From positions 1-63,486 of the forward strand of contig JYFJ02002076.1 in the NCBI GenBank assembly GCA_000934665.2: DNA of 63,486 nt. Direction: 5' to 3'. The notes under the pieces are model-generated. The model did not search any database. It was not told the origin of the DNA and saw only the letters and a program-made list of their open reading frames with translations. The stretch is from Catajapyx aquilonaris. Taxonomy: Eukaryota. Positions 1 through 14,418 of the stretch are shown piece by piece. Every line of letters begins with the position of its first letter. Within the stretch, counting starts at the first letter, position 1. The position numbers were made by a program, and so were the translations under genes.

Positions 1-3000
1 TTCCTTGCGACATTATTTCTGGTGGCCACGGTTTCCGTTGCCAAAGCACCCAGTTCGCCGGAACTGGGCGCACTTCCAGACGGTATAAACACACCTTTAA
101 ATGGAAGAATGTGAAGGGTATAAAAATATGGTGGGATGTCAGGTTTTTCCGCGAGAGGAAGCGCCAGAAAATATGGCAAGTGGATTGTCATCTGGCCCGT
201 GTTGCCGTCTCGTGGATATGTGAACTTTGAGTACCATAATATAGGCCTACCAAAATGTTTGTCATGTCTTTCACATAGTTGCTAGGTAGCTAGGTGTTAG
301 GTCAAAAATGACAAAAATGTAGGTTATCATGTTTTTCCACCACACCCCTCAAATGATGGTTGTCCTTTACATGGGAGAGGTCAAGCACAATGGTAATGGC
401 AAGGATGAAGTGCATTGTTTGCAGTTTTCCTCCCTGGGATGTTTACTGTCCCCAACACCAAACTTATCAGGTCAACTTCAAGGACAGCCAACGGGCTACT
501 AGACCAACAAAACACCATAGTCAACACTTACAATATATTACTTACGTACAGTCCACATGATGAATTATTGGGTGATGCAGACCTACTTTTAAATCTGCAT
601 CACCCAATACTTCATCATGCGGGATACTGTAAGTAATTCACTACTGCCAGTACTGAATAACATTTGCAGTATATCAGGACACCAGTCTGGATATGTCCAT
701 TCATAAAACTATAAATAAATGCCCGAAGAAACTTCCCAATGCATTAACCTATCCTACTCTAATAGCATGTCCTCAGCAGTTAATTTTTTGACACTGCACA
801 CTGGCCAAGACTGCCATCTGGTCAAGTATTGTACTTGATAGGCCTACCCACTTTTTCATTCTCTGTGTTGCGAACATCAACTTCGATCTGAATTTCACAA
901 AGTGGGTGGGATTATAACAGAAGATCGTGAGGGCCCCCACCCTCATTTCTGACCCAGTGCCTGCAGAGAGAGAGAGAGAGAAGGGTGGACGCGGGGAGGG
1001 GATACCAAAGAATCTGACCACGATTCTCTCGTCAGGTGCAAACACCTATTAGTCAGCGCTTCTCGCGGGTTATTCACTTGATGCCCAGGAAAATTCGTGG
1101 ACTGGAAAAACCTTTTGGTTGGGAGGTTCCACTCGGATTTCCACATCCACGCTTTACCAAGTGGAAGAAAAACAGGTGAAAAAAATACCTGGTGTCACAT
1201 CCTTGTATTGCATCTGCCTAACTTTTTGCGCCTTTCGTGGTTAAAAATAGAGTGAAACGTGACTAACTTCACTTTATCCTTATCTTTTGTTCACTCCAGT
1301 CAATAAGTCCAAATGTGAATCTTATGCTATTTCTGCGATATACTCATAATTTTCTAATTGTTACTGACAGTCAATACATGTATTAAAAATTCCGATATTT
1401 TTGAGTCAACTCATATGGCCGTGCCAGGCACTGATGTCAATCAATTTTTTCTGGAGACACTTTACCTGTCTATAGCATACAAACCGCTGCTTACAACATT
1501 TGTCCGATAATAATGGTACTTTTTTATTCCGCCATCTATGCATTGTAGGAATCCAAATAGCCCCTCGCTAAACGGTGAAAGCGCAGTCCCCAATCTACCT
1601 TGCAAAAACGCCACATGAAATCGGATAAAAAATATACCCTAAACTGTACAATCAGGTTACATGTACTGCGAGTAACACAAGCCGTAACCAGCACTAATGT
1701 AGACATCCGATACAGGCTGACACATGACCCCTATCAACCTGCCCTTTTTTTGTCAACAAATCTGCTCTGCATTCCTGAATATTCATCCAACGTCTTTAAC
1801 CTACAACCATCATCTTCTTCCTCCCGACTTTCATCGCGGCATACTGCGTGCCTACAATTCACCCTTCTTCGTGCGTACTGGCACACTCTATTTCGCACGC
1901 CAACCAGCCATAGAGTGCATGGCATGGCAATTAAAACCACTGCCTGAAATCCTCCGTATCACCACTAACGAGATACCAATCGAGACAGCGAAAGTTTTTT
2001 TTTTCCTTTCTTTCTTCCTCTTTAAAAACCAACTCCCGGATGTTCCTTCCTCAAGAAAAAGGAGCACGTATTGCGAAATATATTATACACACACCCAGGA
2101 CAATGATAATAACCGACAAACTTGGTTGGAAAATCGAGTATAACGGTCACGCTTACATCCATATACCAAGTTCCTTCCTCCTTTTGTCATTCTTGGGAAG
2201 AGGCCACTGAATTTTTTTCTCTCTCTCTCTCTCCTTCCTCCAGTAGTCAAAAAATAATAATCTCACCGCAGGGTGAGATAAAATAGCTTTCCAGAGCGCT
2301 TCCTTCCGTTCAGTCACACGTCTCGCGCCATATGAAACAGAATTTCTGGAGGTGGAGGAATGGACAAAGGACAATGGACTCCGGCGCCATTATGCAAGGG
2401 CGCCCGAGTTGGTCACTGTCACTTGTGTCCCATGGAGAAAAAAAAAAACGTCATTGACATTTCTCAGGGTTACACCCACCCACTCCATTCGTTCTTAGAA
2501 AAAGCTTACAAAATCCTCCATGTTGCCTTTTTTTTTTGCCAATTTACGGCCACGAACCATGATAATGACTGGCTATCGCATCATTTTGCAACAGTGTCGA
2601 AGAGGGGGCCCCTCTGAGGTCAAGGCTCTNATTTTCTTTTCAACCCAGAGTCCTCACTCGGTCGAATCTGCAGAACGAGTGGCGGTCACAGTGGCCTTCC
2701 TCCACGCTTTCCTACCGCCCGGAACAATCCGGCCCCACCACCCACATCCTCCCCCAACTTCTTTTTGTGCCTGTCCTCTCTGGAATGCAGATGCCAAGAA
2801 AACACTCGGCTCAATTCCTCTGGTCTCAAGTCGTGTGACTGGAAGCTATACGCTGCCATATGAGTTCCCCCTTATCGACCTGCGAAGTTGCACAAGGTTG
2901 TTTCCCTGTTACCTGCTCAATGCCATCAGCAATTGCCTGGAGAGCAGCTGTTGGCAAATGGTCGCCTTCATTACCAACAGAATAAACTTGGGGGTGGTGT

Positions 3001-3502
3001 CCCCTGTTAATATTGGTTGGACACCTTTCGAGTCAGTAAAAGCTACATATTACAGAGATAGTCCAAAGTAGTCATTTCTTATAAAACCGGTATGTAGCTA
3101 GCACTAGTGCTGTGTGTGGGTGCAAATTATCTGAGTCATTTCAACATTTGCCCATGTGGTGCACAAATAGACAAGACCTTGGGAATGGAAAATGCAAGAT
3201 AATGACATAGAGTTGCTCTTGGCACACCTAAGCACTGAACAAATGTCACAATGGCAATATTGTCATTGACCTCTTGCAGGTTCTCTTCCTGTACCACTTT
3301 GCATAAAAAGCAAATGATCATGTGAGCACATGGTTACCTAGCCTAGTGTACTGTACACAATGACAAAATTAGAGTCCTGAATAACCTTGATTTACTGCAG
3401 ATTCAAATGAGTAGGTCATTTTCCAAATGTGTACCGTAAGAAGCCAATCAAGCCGAACGGTGAACAGGTCACTTCCAGGCTTCCATTATGCACAGCAATT
3501 TA

Positions 3503-3629
3503 TTCCCGATTGCACCAACGAAATTACCGATTCGATAGCTCCTAACAGATCGTTAGGACACCCTTTTAGCGTGTGCCAACGATCTGTTAGGAGCTATCGA
3601 ATCGGTAATTTCGTTGGTGCAATCAGGCA
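3503..3629. mobile_element. PIF/Harbinger-type (Tourist-like) palindromic MITE
   Basis: Near-perfect fold-back over its whole length (TTCCCGATTGCACC...GGTGCAATCAGGCA). TTA flanks both sides (3500-3502, 3630-3632). Confidence 0.75.
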
Positions 3630-3964
3630 TTAGTCTAACATAATTTATGTGGCTTGAATTATTGTACAGTACATTCTAATTTTTTGAAGGATTTGAAGTG
3701 CACTATGCTCTAATTAATGCAACAATGATAATTCTGTTCATCTTTCAGTATTTCAGTACTTGCGTTGTCAGAGATATACTGATTACCGATGACATCCCCT
3801 GAAATTACACCCAGTACACAAGCATTGCATGTTCATCCAAGAAGTTCTGAAGTGCATACCACCAGATCCCTCTACAAAAATATATGGCACCTTCAATGTG
3901 CTGATGATTACCTTGCACATGCAGTAATTTCAGGCAATTTGTAAAGAAGTAATTCACTTCTTAC

Positions 3965-4185
3965 CTCGCGGTCCTCTCCATCACTGTCGTTGGACTCTGT
4001 GGATGCCAGGTGATCCATGTGGTCCAGGGGCTCATTGTCCAATTCGAGGCCACATTGCTTGCTCAGAGATGTGCTCAGGCTCAAGCTTTTTGTTGCCGCT
4101 AATGTCAGCGATGAATCTGAGTCGTACAAGGGCGCACTACCCTCAGTTTCACCTGTGGAGCAATTTGGTGAGGACCTCATTGAAC
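3965..4185 (-). CDS. ARHGEF33: ARHGEF33-like protein, exon 5 (Ser-rich linker)
   Basis: TGCAG acceptor and GTAAGA donor. Phase 1 in, phase 0 out, open frame (G)SMRSSPNCST...NDSDGEDRE, in phase with exon 4. Later exons could not be identified. Confidence 0.7.
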
Positions 4186-5156
4186 CTGCATGTGCAAGAA
4201 AAACTCTTACTTTTAAGGCACAGTGAAATTATATCGAACCCTATCAACCTGACACCAGACCACAAATCCATCTAGGCAAAAAAATCGGACATTTTTTTAC
4301 TCCATCTGTGGCAACCAAGCAAATTGGTCCATTTCATTTTGTGGTGTGAATCAGATCCCATTCGGATAGTACTACATCTGCTAAGGTCAGTGGTTGTTGA
4401 GTGGACGAGGATGCAAAATGGGTGTGAGAAACATTCGACCGCCAACCACGATCCATTGCATTCTTAACGGAAGAGGATTTGCATGGTTGACTAAACATGC
4501 CACCAGGGGACGATAGTCTTGGCCCCATGATGAGACTGTAGAAATGTTCAATTAAACCAACTTTACCAGTACAATAGGAACATATCGACACCAAGCTCTG
4601 AGTTGCAGAATTTTTTATAGATCACAAGGTGAATACACTATTGTAGCAAGGATGCAACTTGCATGATTCAACAGTGAAAGTAGTCACAGTAAACACTTAA
4701 CACTTCCCCATTTCACATGGTGCCCTTTGAGACTCTTAAAAATTTGCTTACTCTTATTCGAAAACTGATTAGACAAGTTCACAGATTTTGCCATTAAGTG
4801 AATACAAATTGAATGCTGGATTTCAGACCTCATTAAGCATGCACAACTTTTACTTTTACTAAGCCACTGAGATAATGTCATGTGATTTTATTTTAATTCC
4901 CATATTCCAAGACCTACGGAGCAATCCCTGTTGTTCTATGGAATTCACACAGCTCATATTTCAACTTGTGGGTAGTACTACTCTGCCATCCTACAAAAAA
5001 TATCCGCACATTGTGATAATTTGTATAACAAGGCCAGGCAAGTCAAAGGAAAACATGAGTTTCTTGCATTAGGCAGGATTGTGACTATTTTTTGTGTAGG
5101 ATGGTAGTATAGCTGATGAGCTGCTATACAGCAACTGTTGCACAAGAAATGCTTAC

Positions 5157-5392
5157 CATAATTGTTGGCATTGTTGTTGCTTGTTGTCGTAGGTTGCCCC
5201 AAGGCAGCCACATAGTCATGCACCAACGATGACACAGCTGGTGGATGTTCAGGGAGTGATGATGAGTCCTGTTCACTGGCTTGGTTGAAAGCAGTGTGGG
5301 CTTTTTCCAATAGAAGTGCCACTCCAGAATCATTGGAATGACAACCACTTGATGGACGTACCAATGATGCTCTGGAGTTCAGTAAACGTTGC
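5157..5392 (-). CDS. ARHGEF33: ARHGEF33-like protein, exon 4
   Basis: TTGCAG acceptor and GTAAGC donor. Phase 2 in, phase 1 out, QRLLNSRASLVRP...SNNNANNY, in phase with exons 3 and 5. Confidence 0.72.
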
Positions 5393-8300
5393 CTGCAACA
5401 AGTGATAAAAATTGTGAACTGTTACTTGCGTTTTCTTTTCAATGCGGTTGTGCACAATATTATTCGAATAATTCAGAAAACGATTCCTGTACATTAAAAT
5501 TAATATTAATACAAGTGTGTACCATTCTGATAATTTATTAATATATCAGACATCCATGCATATCAGATGATGTTATCAATTACCATCTACTGATCATGAA
5601 AGTTAAAAAGAGAAACATCGCTCAATATGTCAATTTAAAGGTGAAATCAACGAACGAAAATGGGTCTTGCCCCATTCTCACCTGATGAAATCTCACTTTC
5701 ATACTTGATAAACGGCCAATAAGTTTGACAGTATAAACCTTCTACAAAAAAGACACCTTTCAAGTCACATCCTGAGAAACAATATTCATCACATGCCACA
5801 AGCATTTCCACATAACTTTCATGAAAATGTATTTAAATGTGTTTGCACATGACTGCCACTTAGCCACCTTGCAATTACTGTTGGCACCAATTCAATAAAC
5901 TGTCACTTTTGAAAATGTCTTATGTTCCCAGCCTTGCATTTATTGCGACATGTTTTCAGCCCAGTGTGAACTATCACATGGACATGACTCGTAATTAAAC
6001 ACAAATGGGCACTTCAAATCATCTAACCTGAATCTCACCACACACCTCTACTGTGAAATGGGTCACTTGTTTTTTTTTCGACTTTTTTTTAAAGAAGCCA
6101 TACTAAACAACCTGATGGCTTGTCAAGTGTATAGCAGAGACCCAACCATGCGCGACCCGATTATGGGGCTCGACTCAATATAATAATGCACTTTGAGGTT
6201 TGCTGCTCCTGTTTTCTCTGAATGATGGATATCTCCCTCTTGTCATTTTTTACCCCTTTTTTGAGACCCACCACATTCCCGGAAGCTTCGTCACAAACAT
6301 CTGGGCAATTCCGCGCCCATTGTGACGGCGTGAAAACCCCAAACACTTCTGCAGCCTCATTACGAAAAACAATAAGGTGGGAGGAGGTGGAAGAACTTTC
6401 CAAGTGTTAGAAAACCAGTGCGACACTATGGCCGCGCATGCAATTGACCACAATGCATTCAACAATTGCAATTTAAAAAAATTACAATAAAAATATATAT
6501 TAAAAATCTTGTGCCGGTTCCCATCAGCATACCGCTGAATACCAGCTGAATACCATTTTACTAAACCGGGTGTTATCGACAGGTATTGGCCTGACTGCAA
6601 TGCTGTTCATGGCCAACACCTGACCGGTATCGTTAATTCCTTGCTCCGAGTCATGCGCAAGTGTGGTTTTGATCTTCAAACTTGATACGTGAAATCGGAA
6701 TTGGTGCTTGCTTTCTGATACCACTTCAAGATAATTATGACTTAGCACTGCTCTTACGTCAATTTGCCTTCTAAAGACCCGCACTTGATTTCCTGATTGG
6801 AGAGATTAAAATGCAAGCGTCGCGTCGGTTGCACGCACTTGGACCAGAGATGCATGAAACGTTCCGGTTGACCTGACCTGCAACCACTGCAACTTTGGAC
6901 AATTTCTTTGTTATTTTATTATTATTTTTTCGAAGGGGGGGTGTTGACACGAATCGATGTGCAACAAATGGGGTTTTCTAATGTGGGTGGGAAGACGGAA
7001 GTTGCTTTCAAAAAACTTTCGCAAATGTATGATGTGACGAGTGAATTGGTTATACAGAATGGGTAATAAAGTCGCATTAATAAAGTCGCTTATAAACACG
7101 TTTTCACAGTAAATGTTGGAAAGCCGAACGGAAGTCACCCCTTCCCTTCCGAATGCCCCAGACTGCATAATTATATTCATAGTGCAGGTTTCATTTTTCC
7201 TGACGATCTATGCAGGATGTTGCTCAACTCCAGTGCAGCATCATAAAATCATACGCAATTTATAAATACCCTGCATGAACACCGTGCGTTTTTCCGCTAA
7301 CCTTTTAATTGCCAAGTACAACCAGTGTAAAATAGCTTACGTGTCTCTCTCCACTCATTCTCACCTCCAGGTTATAATCTTCCTCCCCGAACCATCTCAT
7401 GAATTATGCACGCACTAACCACCGTTTCCCATGAGATCGCCTCAAGTACATACATTACAAAACCATATTTTTTTCCCCACCCACAATCCCACGCGTGCAT
7501 ACGCACAGACCTACGCAACGTCAGGTGCAACAACCCCTTCTGAGTATACATCAATCTGGAGCAGCACATTGTTGACAGGGTGCGCATCCCCAACCAAGAC
7601 TTCCTGATTAGCGGAGACTGCTAAAAGGGCAGTGCATGAGAATGCGACGGCCCTTAGACCCCGAAAAAGTCCCGCAATCTCTTTCCCAGGAATGCGGTAG
7701 TTGGAGAGGCTCAAGCTCGCAGTTCAGCAAAGAGGAACCGGGCGATAGAGAGAGCCCAGGGGGCTGCCAATCAACCACCCCCATCCAAAACTCTGCCCAT
7801 TTGCTGGATTGCACCAAAATCGGCATTTCTTGATATAGATTCGCCATGAGGCAATCCGAAAATATTTGCCATGAGAAAGCGCCCACTTAATGACACTTCA
7901 AAAACTGCACTGTATTAGGCTACTGTACAGTGCTACTGAAGCTGGTCTCGGTGATCGCAATTCCAGCAAACATGCCACGTGCGTATAGTATTTCATAGCC
8001 GTGGGAATTATTGACGACAGGTTTCTCACAGATTTAAACAGTTTTTCTAATAGATTTCGGTGTGAGGCTGGCACGTGCTCGAAATTACAGGGGCGCACGT
8101 CTTCCTCCTGTTCTTGGGCGGATGAATGCCCCATAACGTAGCCGATATTTCACATGCCACGGCACGGAAATCTTAAAAACCTGTACTGAGGCGGTGTTGA
8201 ACAGTGCCAGATGACCCGTCGAGCAATTCCAACAAGGAAATGGCGTGAAGGAGGAGTTCACACCGCAACAGCGAACAACATTTATTACATCATTGAATAT

Positions 8301-11300
8301 GTTTTTTTAAAATAATTGTATAAAAATGTGACAATTAAGCAATTGCATAGAACCAGTTACAACTTACTCCAGTTAACTTGTGTAGACCCAAGCAAACAAT
8401 TGGCCGCCTTTCTCCCCAAGTGAAACTTCATGCATGTTCCATTCAAAAATGGTGGCAATAGTATATGCAACAATATGTAATTTGCCGCCCGTAAATTTCG
8501 TTTCCAGAACGTAAACTTTTATTTATTCCAACCAATAATATATTTACATGCGCATAATTTGTTCCTTCAAAATGACGACTCATTCCAAATCGTATGCCTC
8601 GTCATGCTTGATTAACTTGGGGAGTATACTAATTAATGCAGCATCTTTCCCTTTCATCTGGTGAAACTAGGATGGCCACTTTCCGAACGGTACCCTTTCC
8701 ACTGCACCCCCTTCCTTAGCATGTGTCGGCCTTAATGCCACCGCTGAAAAATACGACCCATAAGTGCATTACGTGGATGATTTGCACCCCCATCGTGCCA
8801 GCCTGGACCTTCGTAAACCTTTTATTTATTTTTTATTTCTTCCACATTCTAAATTTTTCATCTCCATTACCTTGACCGGCTCATTGAATGGCAGCATGAT
8901 TTTCATGAATTTGAAGTGTAACATCGTGTAGGCGAAATTGGCAGTGTACTTTTGCCGGTGGGGGTCAGCCCGATTAACAATGCGGGCCTTGGCCTCAATG
9001 CAAAATATCGGAACTGACAAGTCTTGGAAAAACACATTCTTTGCCTGTCGTGACACTGCAGGAGTCGTGATGGTCCTCAAGCATGTCAGCTAGTTTAGGA
9101 GGAAGGTAACAGACACGAGGTCATACATGTCCTCGCCCTCCCCCGCTAACACAAACCGGATCATGCTTTCCAGAAAACCGTTTCATTGCCCAGCCACACC
9201 TTCCCTGTTCAATAATGCATGCTTCCTTTCACGCAATTACGGTATATCGTTATATGGCTTACCATAGGCGGTCCTTAATGAACGAGAGACTTCAATTGTT
9301 AACCCTTTACTGCTCTTTAATGAATTACTCCCAAGATAAATGTGTTGCTCATGGCGGGTACACGTACAGTACATAAAACAAGCTTTGAATCACAGATCGT
9401 AGTTGAACCTGGTTGAACTGGCGCTGGGGGTTGGGACGCTCCGTCCGCCAGGATCGACACCATCGCTTGGTCTAGGAGCGACACCAGCGCCTGGGTGGGA
9501 GCTGACAATGGCACGAGGGTTTGAATTGACATGAGGTGACTCCGAGCGAGTGACATTACACCATTTGTGCAGGGTTACCATAAATCAGAAGGCTAATGCC
9601 AACACTGTGCCACTCTTGTCTTGACGCCCCATATTCTCAGCCAAAGTACAGTGCACCATCAAAATGTAGGGCACTATAGCCGAACGTCTGTTCCTCGACA
9701 ACGACCGGACGCCATTGTTACCATTCACTTCCCATCCCGTTTATCATTTCCAGTTCTCTCATTTCTACGTACGGATTCACCTTTCACTCGTTTGCAAACC
9801 TAATCGCGTCCGATCTACATGTCTTCTGCTCTTCCGCTCTTGCATGTAGGAAACGCGACCCCCTTTTCCCTCCACCCCGCCCCCACCCCCTGTGCGCGCC
9901 ACTAATTATTGTCTCATCTAGCAATTTGGCCAAATTCGAAAATGACACCCGCGTAAACTTTCTACACACCTATTTCTCTTCGGCTCGCTTGCCCCCCGAC
10001 TTCCAATTACCAAAATTAGGAGCCCCACTTGCAAAAAAAAAAAAAAACAATCGCAATAATGGCCCGGTTCCCAGGCCCCCGTACTTTATGATGTTAACCT
10101 ATTGTTCTCTCTATACTCAATTTGAAGACAAAAAAGGAGTCGAAGTAATCAAGTCGTGCCCTCGTAACCGAAAGGGTCTTTCGACGACGGTTATTTCGAA
10201 GCCAATGATGATGACACAGTTATACACCTCCGCAATCAACGGAGACGACAATAAAAAATATAGACTGGAATGCAGTCTACACAACTCTGCCTGTTATAAT
10301 GTCATTATCTTGTAGAACGAGGAACCGTGTACAGTATATATAGATTCCTTCAACATTACGCAGATCGTTCCACTTGAACTTTGCCACTGTAAAAAGCTAA
10401 CGGTTTGGATCATTGCATCGGTCATGCTGCACATGCTGCTTACGCGAACACAATGATGATGGTAGGTTACAATATTCACGATTCGTAACGTTTTTTTTTG
10501 TTGTTGTTGAAAGAAGGCGTATACGGCAGATTGCTATGAGAATTTCTTACGATACTGTGACACAAGTCACGAGCAATTTTAAGAACACTATATCAACAGT
10601 AATTCTGAGAACCAATAAAAAGAAGTTTACGATGTCCACACAAACAACATAGTGCACGTCAGAACTAGTGCTGCTATACCCTTATAAGTTGCTGGATGCT
10701 GAATATTTTACATGCTTTTCGATCAAGAAAGTCGCATGCTTACAAGTATGTCGCTAGTTATTTACGCAATCTTGAAACATTTACGACTCATTCTGCGTAA
10801 ATGCCCCAGTGTTCCCGAGACACCATTAGCAGCTGGTGTAGTTGAATGACTGCATGTGAGTAATTTCATAGTCAAAACTTAAGGGAAAAAAACATATAAT
10901 TACTGAGTAGGATGGACAATTTTCTCCATCTTTTACGCGACACACATATGGGACCCAAAAAAATCGGAAAGGTAATAACACCTTTGAAGTTTCGTTTCCT
11001 ACAAAATTATGTCCGAAGAAGGTCACGGCATGATTTCCAGCCTCCCCGATTTTTTTTTTTTTTTTAACATCCTTCAAAAATGTCGACCCTGAGACCGGAA
11101 AGGTCAACGTACCCCCATGCTCATACACACATCTCACATGATACAGCACACCCCTATACAGTTATTTATGAAATGTCCATGAGTGGGCAAGAATTGCCAC
11201 AAATATATTATGACCGCGTTTCCTCCGGCCAGGAAATGAAAGGTGTGTAGGCTTGGTCCGGAAGTCCTTTTGCCGTATTTCATTGGGCTCATCTCCTATA

Positions 11301-14272
11301 CACATACGGCCATGTTTCACCTGTCCTATTTTGAGACGTGCAGCACCTGGATGATTCCATTACAGTTCAGGCAAAATTAACATGTCACTCTCTATCCTCG
11401 GACGTGAATGAAAATTTTGACATTGCTTCGTCGTCATAATGAGAAAAAAATGTGAAATTTCTAATCCACTGCGAGTTTCAAAGTCCAGAATTACAGCGGT
11501 TCAAGTGCTTTTTACACACACAAAATTGGAGTTAGAGAATTGACCGTTTCTCAAGATTATAATTGGCACGCATGGATGGGCCAGTGAAGCCATTTTAAAA
11601 AACTAAGCACGAAACTCCAAAAAAGGGTGACATCTGCTACCTGAATAGTCATGAAATTACCCGCCTCTCTCAGAAGGGCGATCGCTTTTGTGCAACAATA
11701 AATACATCCAAATGAATGCAGGGAGGAGTTCATCTCCCGGAAAAAGTCTGGACAGAATGTTGTTCCGTGAATTTGCAACAAAGCTTACCACTGGTAGTCC
11801 GTATCAGTGGCCTTTTGAATCTATTGCACGCCAAACCATAGTATAGCAACACATGCAGAAATATATATTTATTTTGTAATAATACATGTCGTATTTGTAG
11901 CTATAAATACCTGCTCCACATATGCCAATTAGCGCATCTAACACTTGAACAACAACAAAGGTTGAATACCTGCTAAAAATAAGTCACACTGATCTGACAC
12001 ATGGGGAAAAGAAATCATTGTCAAATTACGAAATCCTGATATGCTGCGGGCTAGATGTTGAGACTTTCTGAGGCCAACAGGTCGGAAGGTCATTTGAAAA
12101 AGTTCAGTCCCTAGTAATATTGGTAATTACATGGTAAGACTCCGGCTCGTGAGCATGAGCATCCATAATTGAATCTATTAGCTTGCTAAGGGGTTCCTCC
12201 AAGTCTCTTTTTTTCCATGGGCGGGGTAAACGTGTCTCAAATCGATAATAATTTATTCGCCTCAAAGTAACTTTCGGTCAGGCACGCTACCATACGTTGC
12301 CAATGAACACGTTTTAACACCAGGTCTTGACAAGGTAATTATGGTATTCTAGCTTAGTATGCATTTCCCCTGCATTTTAATCGTAACAATGTTCAATCAA
12401 TCCCAATCATTTTGGTTGCCCATAATAATGTAGCTAGTGCCAATTCTGATCGCAATTTTTTGTAGCGGTGCCATTAGAAAAGTGACCGGTTTAAATCGCA
12501 TGTGTAAAGGCTTTTGTTTCATGTGATAGGATTTTCCTTTCGTCAATATCGCACCAATGCAAAACCCAACCTGACTGGATATCGGAAATGAATGGTTTTA
12601 ATACAGTAAAAGCTGTTCAGTCTTAATTTTCACCCGATTGTCATTATGACAAGTTTAAACTTCCTCATATCCACACCTGTCCACCGTTTTTTTGATTAGT
12701 TCTCTAAAATGGCAAGAAAGTCACTAAGAATAATGGGTCCACCCATGATTCATCACGTAATACACGCCTAATTCCAAGAAACTTCCGACTACGCAGGCTA
12801 TAACCTCCTTTTGAATCCCAGGAATGTCACCTCCGAGCCTAATTTGGTTAGAACTCACACTCAGAGCCACTCCCATAACACCTGTCCTCTATGCCTGCTT
12901 CCACATTTAGATCGCACCTCTTCAACCAGCACGTCAGTAACCCCTTTCATTAATTACCACCATTGTTACATTGGAAATGTGCTGAAATGTTGCTGAATTA
13001 TGATGCCAATGGGAAAGGACTGACTATGCACGGAGGTGGGGAAGTAGCACGTCACTGATCCGTGAAGACAAGAGTGAAGGTCTGTCGCTTCGTGTATCTC
13101 AGAATCACATTCCTAATCCATTAGTCATCACATTATTTTCCCACATTCAAAATAGCTCCGTTTCCCATTCTCTCCAGCGAAACAAACGATTCAACCCATT
13201 TAGACTTATCTATTGTCATCCTGCCCTTTTGATTATATGGGCGTTTCGACCGTCCCTTCATTCGGGCACTCTCCTGTACAATCATGTGGTTCTTTCACAC
13301 TATTCCCTATAATCAGGTTGTATTAGCTAGTCTCAAATACGTGAGGAAATGTATACGCTTCCCTGAGAATCTCAACTGGTTAACTCCTACATTAGTGTTT
13401 GATTCTTTACAAAACAATGAATGCGCGTTACAATAATATCTCACCTGAACTTCCTAATCTTTGTGAGTAGAAATTAGTGCAAGTTTATTATATTCCAAAA
13501 AAATAATGACTAGACCCGTTACGATAATAATAAGACCACCATCGGAAAAGTCATCTCTACGTCGTCAAAAATAACAGTGCGCACGGTGTGCACGAGGTCA
13601 ATCCTGCTATTATTTATTCGTTACAGCGTGACTTACTTTTGCAATGCCATAATATACAACACACGTTGATGCAATAATAGTTAATTAGAACAGCTACAGC
13701 CAATCACTTCAGTCTTTTTATACCATCCAATTTGTCACATCTCCTATTTTGTTTCTCTTATAAAACCATGCTTCTCGTGCATGTGAACAATAATGGAATC
13801 ATATCTGAAACAGTCGTATTCAAACGATTAAGTATAATTTAGGACGGGTTTCAATCACGTTCACGTGCCATGTACCACCTATTTCTTCTGGAGAGAGAGA
13901 GGGGGGGAGGGGGGGAACATGACAACATTCACCGTTGCTCTGTTTGTCGCTTTTACTTCCCGACAAAATTCTCAGAAAGAAAACGCCCGGGTTCTTGACC
14001 CGGTGATGCCACCATGCCCACGCAAAAATTCTCAATGAAGTTCAATTTCTCCACCAAAAATTTCGTCTATATGCAAAAGCCTGCTCGACAACCGTGACCG
14101 ACGCTGTCAATGCAGCGGCCATGCACGACATACATAATCAAAATTTTTAAAAAAATCTTATGTGGAGAAAGGCTTGTCGGGGCATGTCGCTTAATCCGCC
14201 AATATGTGGTCATGCGTACAAAAACCTTTCCAAAAAAAAAACACACACACACACACACAAAAACAGACTCAC

Positions 14273-14418
14273 CGGACGTGATCGGAAAGTGCTCCGGCCT
14301 TCACCAACTCATCCAGTAAAAAGTCCCTCTCCACCATTGTGGCCTGTAGAACAGCCTGCAATTGTTGCTGGCTATGGTGCACAGACTGGACCGATGACCT
14401 GATGGATGCCACTTCCGT
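14273..14418 (-). CDS. ARHGEF33: ARHGEF33-like protein, exon 3 (coiled coil)
   Basis: TTTCAG acceptor and GTGAGT donor. TEVASIRSSVQSVHHSQQQLQAVLQATMVERDFLLDELVKAGALSDHV(R), phase 0 in, phase 2 out. Continues the coiled coil. Absent from the supplied ORF track. Confidence 0.8.

Noticed and set aside
2167..3003. Possible further ARHGEF33-like exons (2913-3003 GHHPQVYS...DGIEQ; 2167-2206 WPLPKNDKRRKEL)
   Set aside because: Splice sites are weak, no phase-consistent chain from exon 5 could be closed, and no DH motif follows.
9317..9556. Coding-looking minus-strand ORF inside ARHGEF33-like intron 3
   Set aside because: No convincing splice sites in a compatible phase and no recognisable homology.
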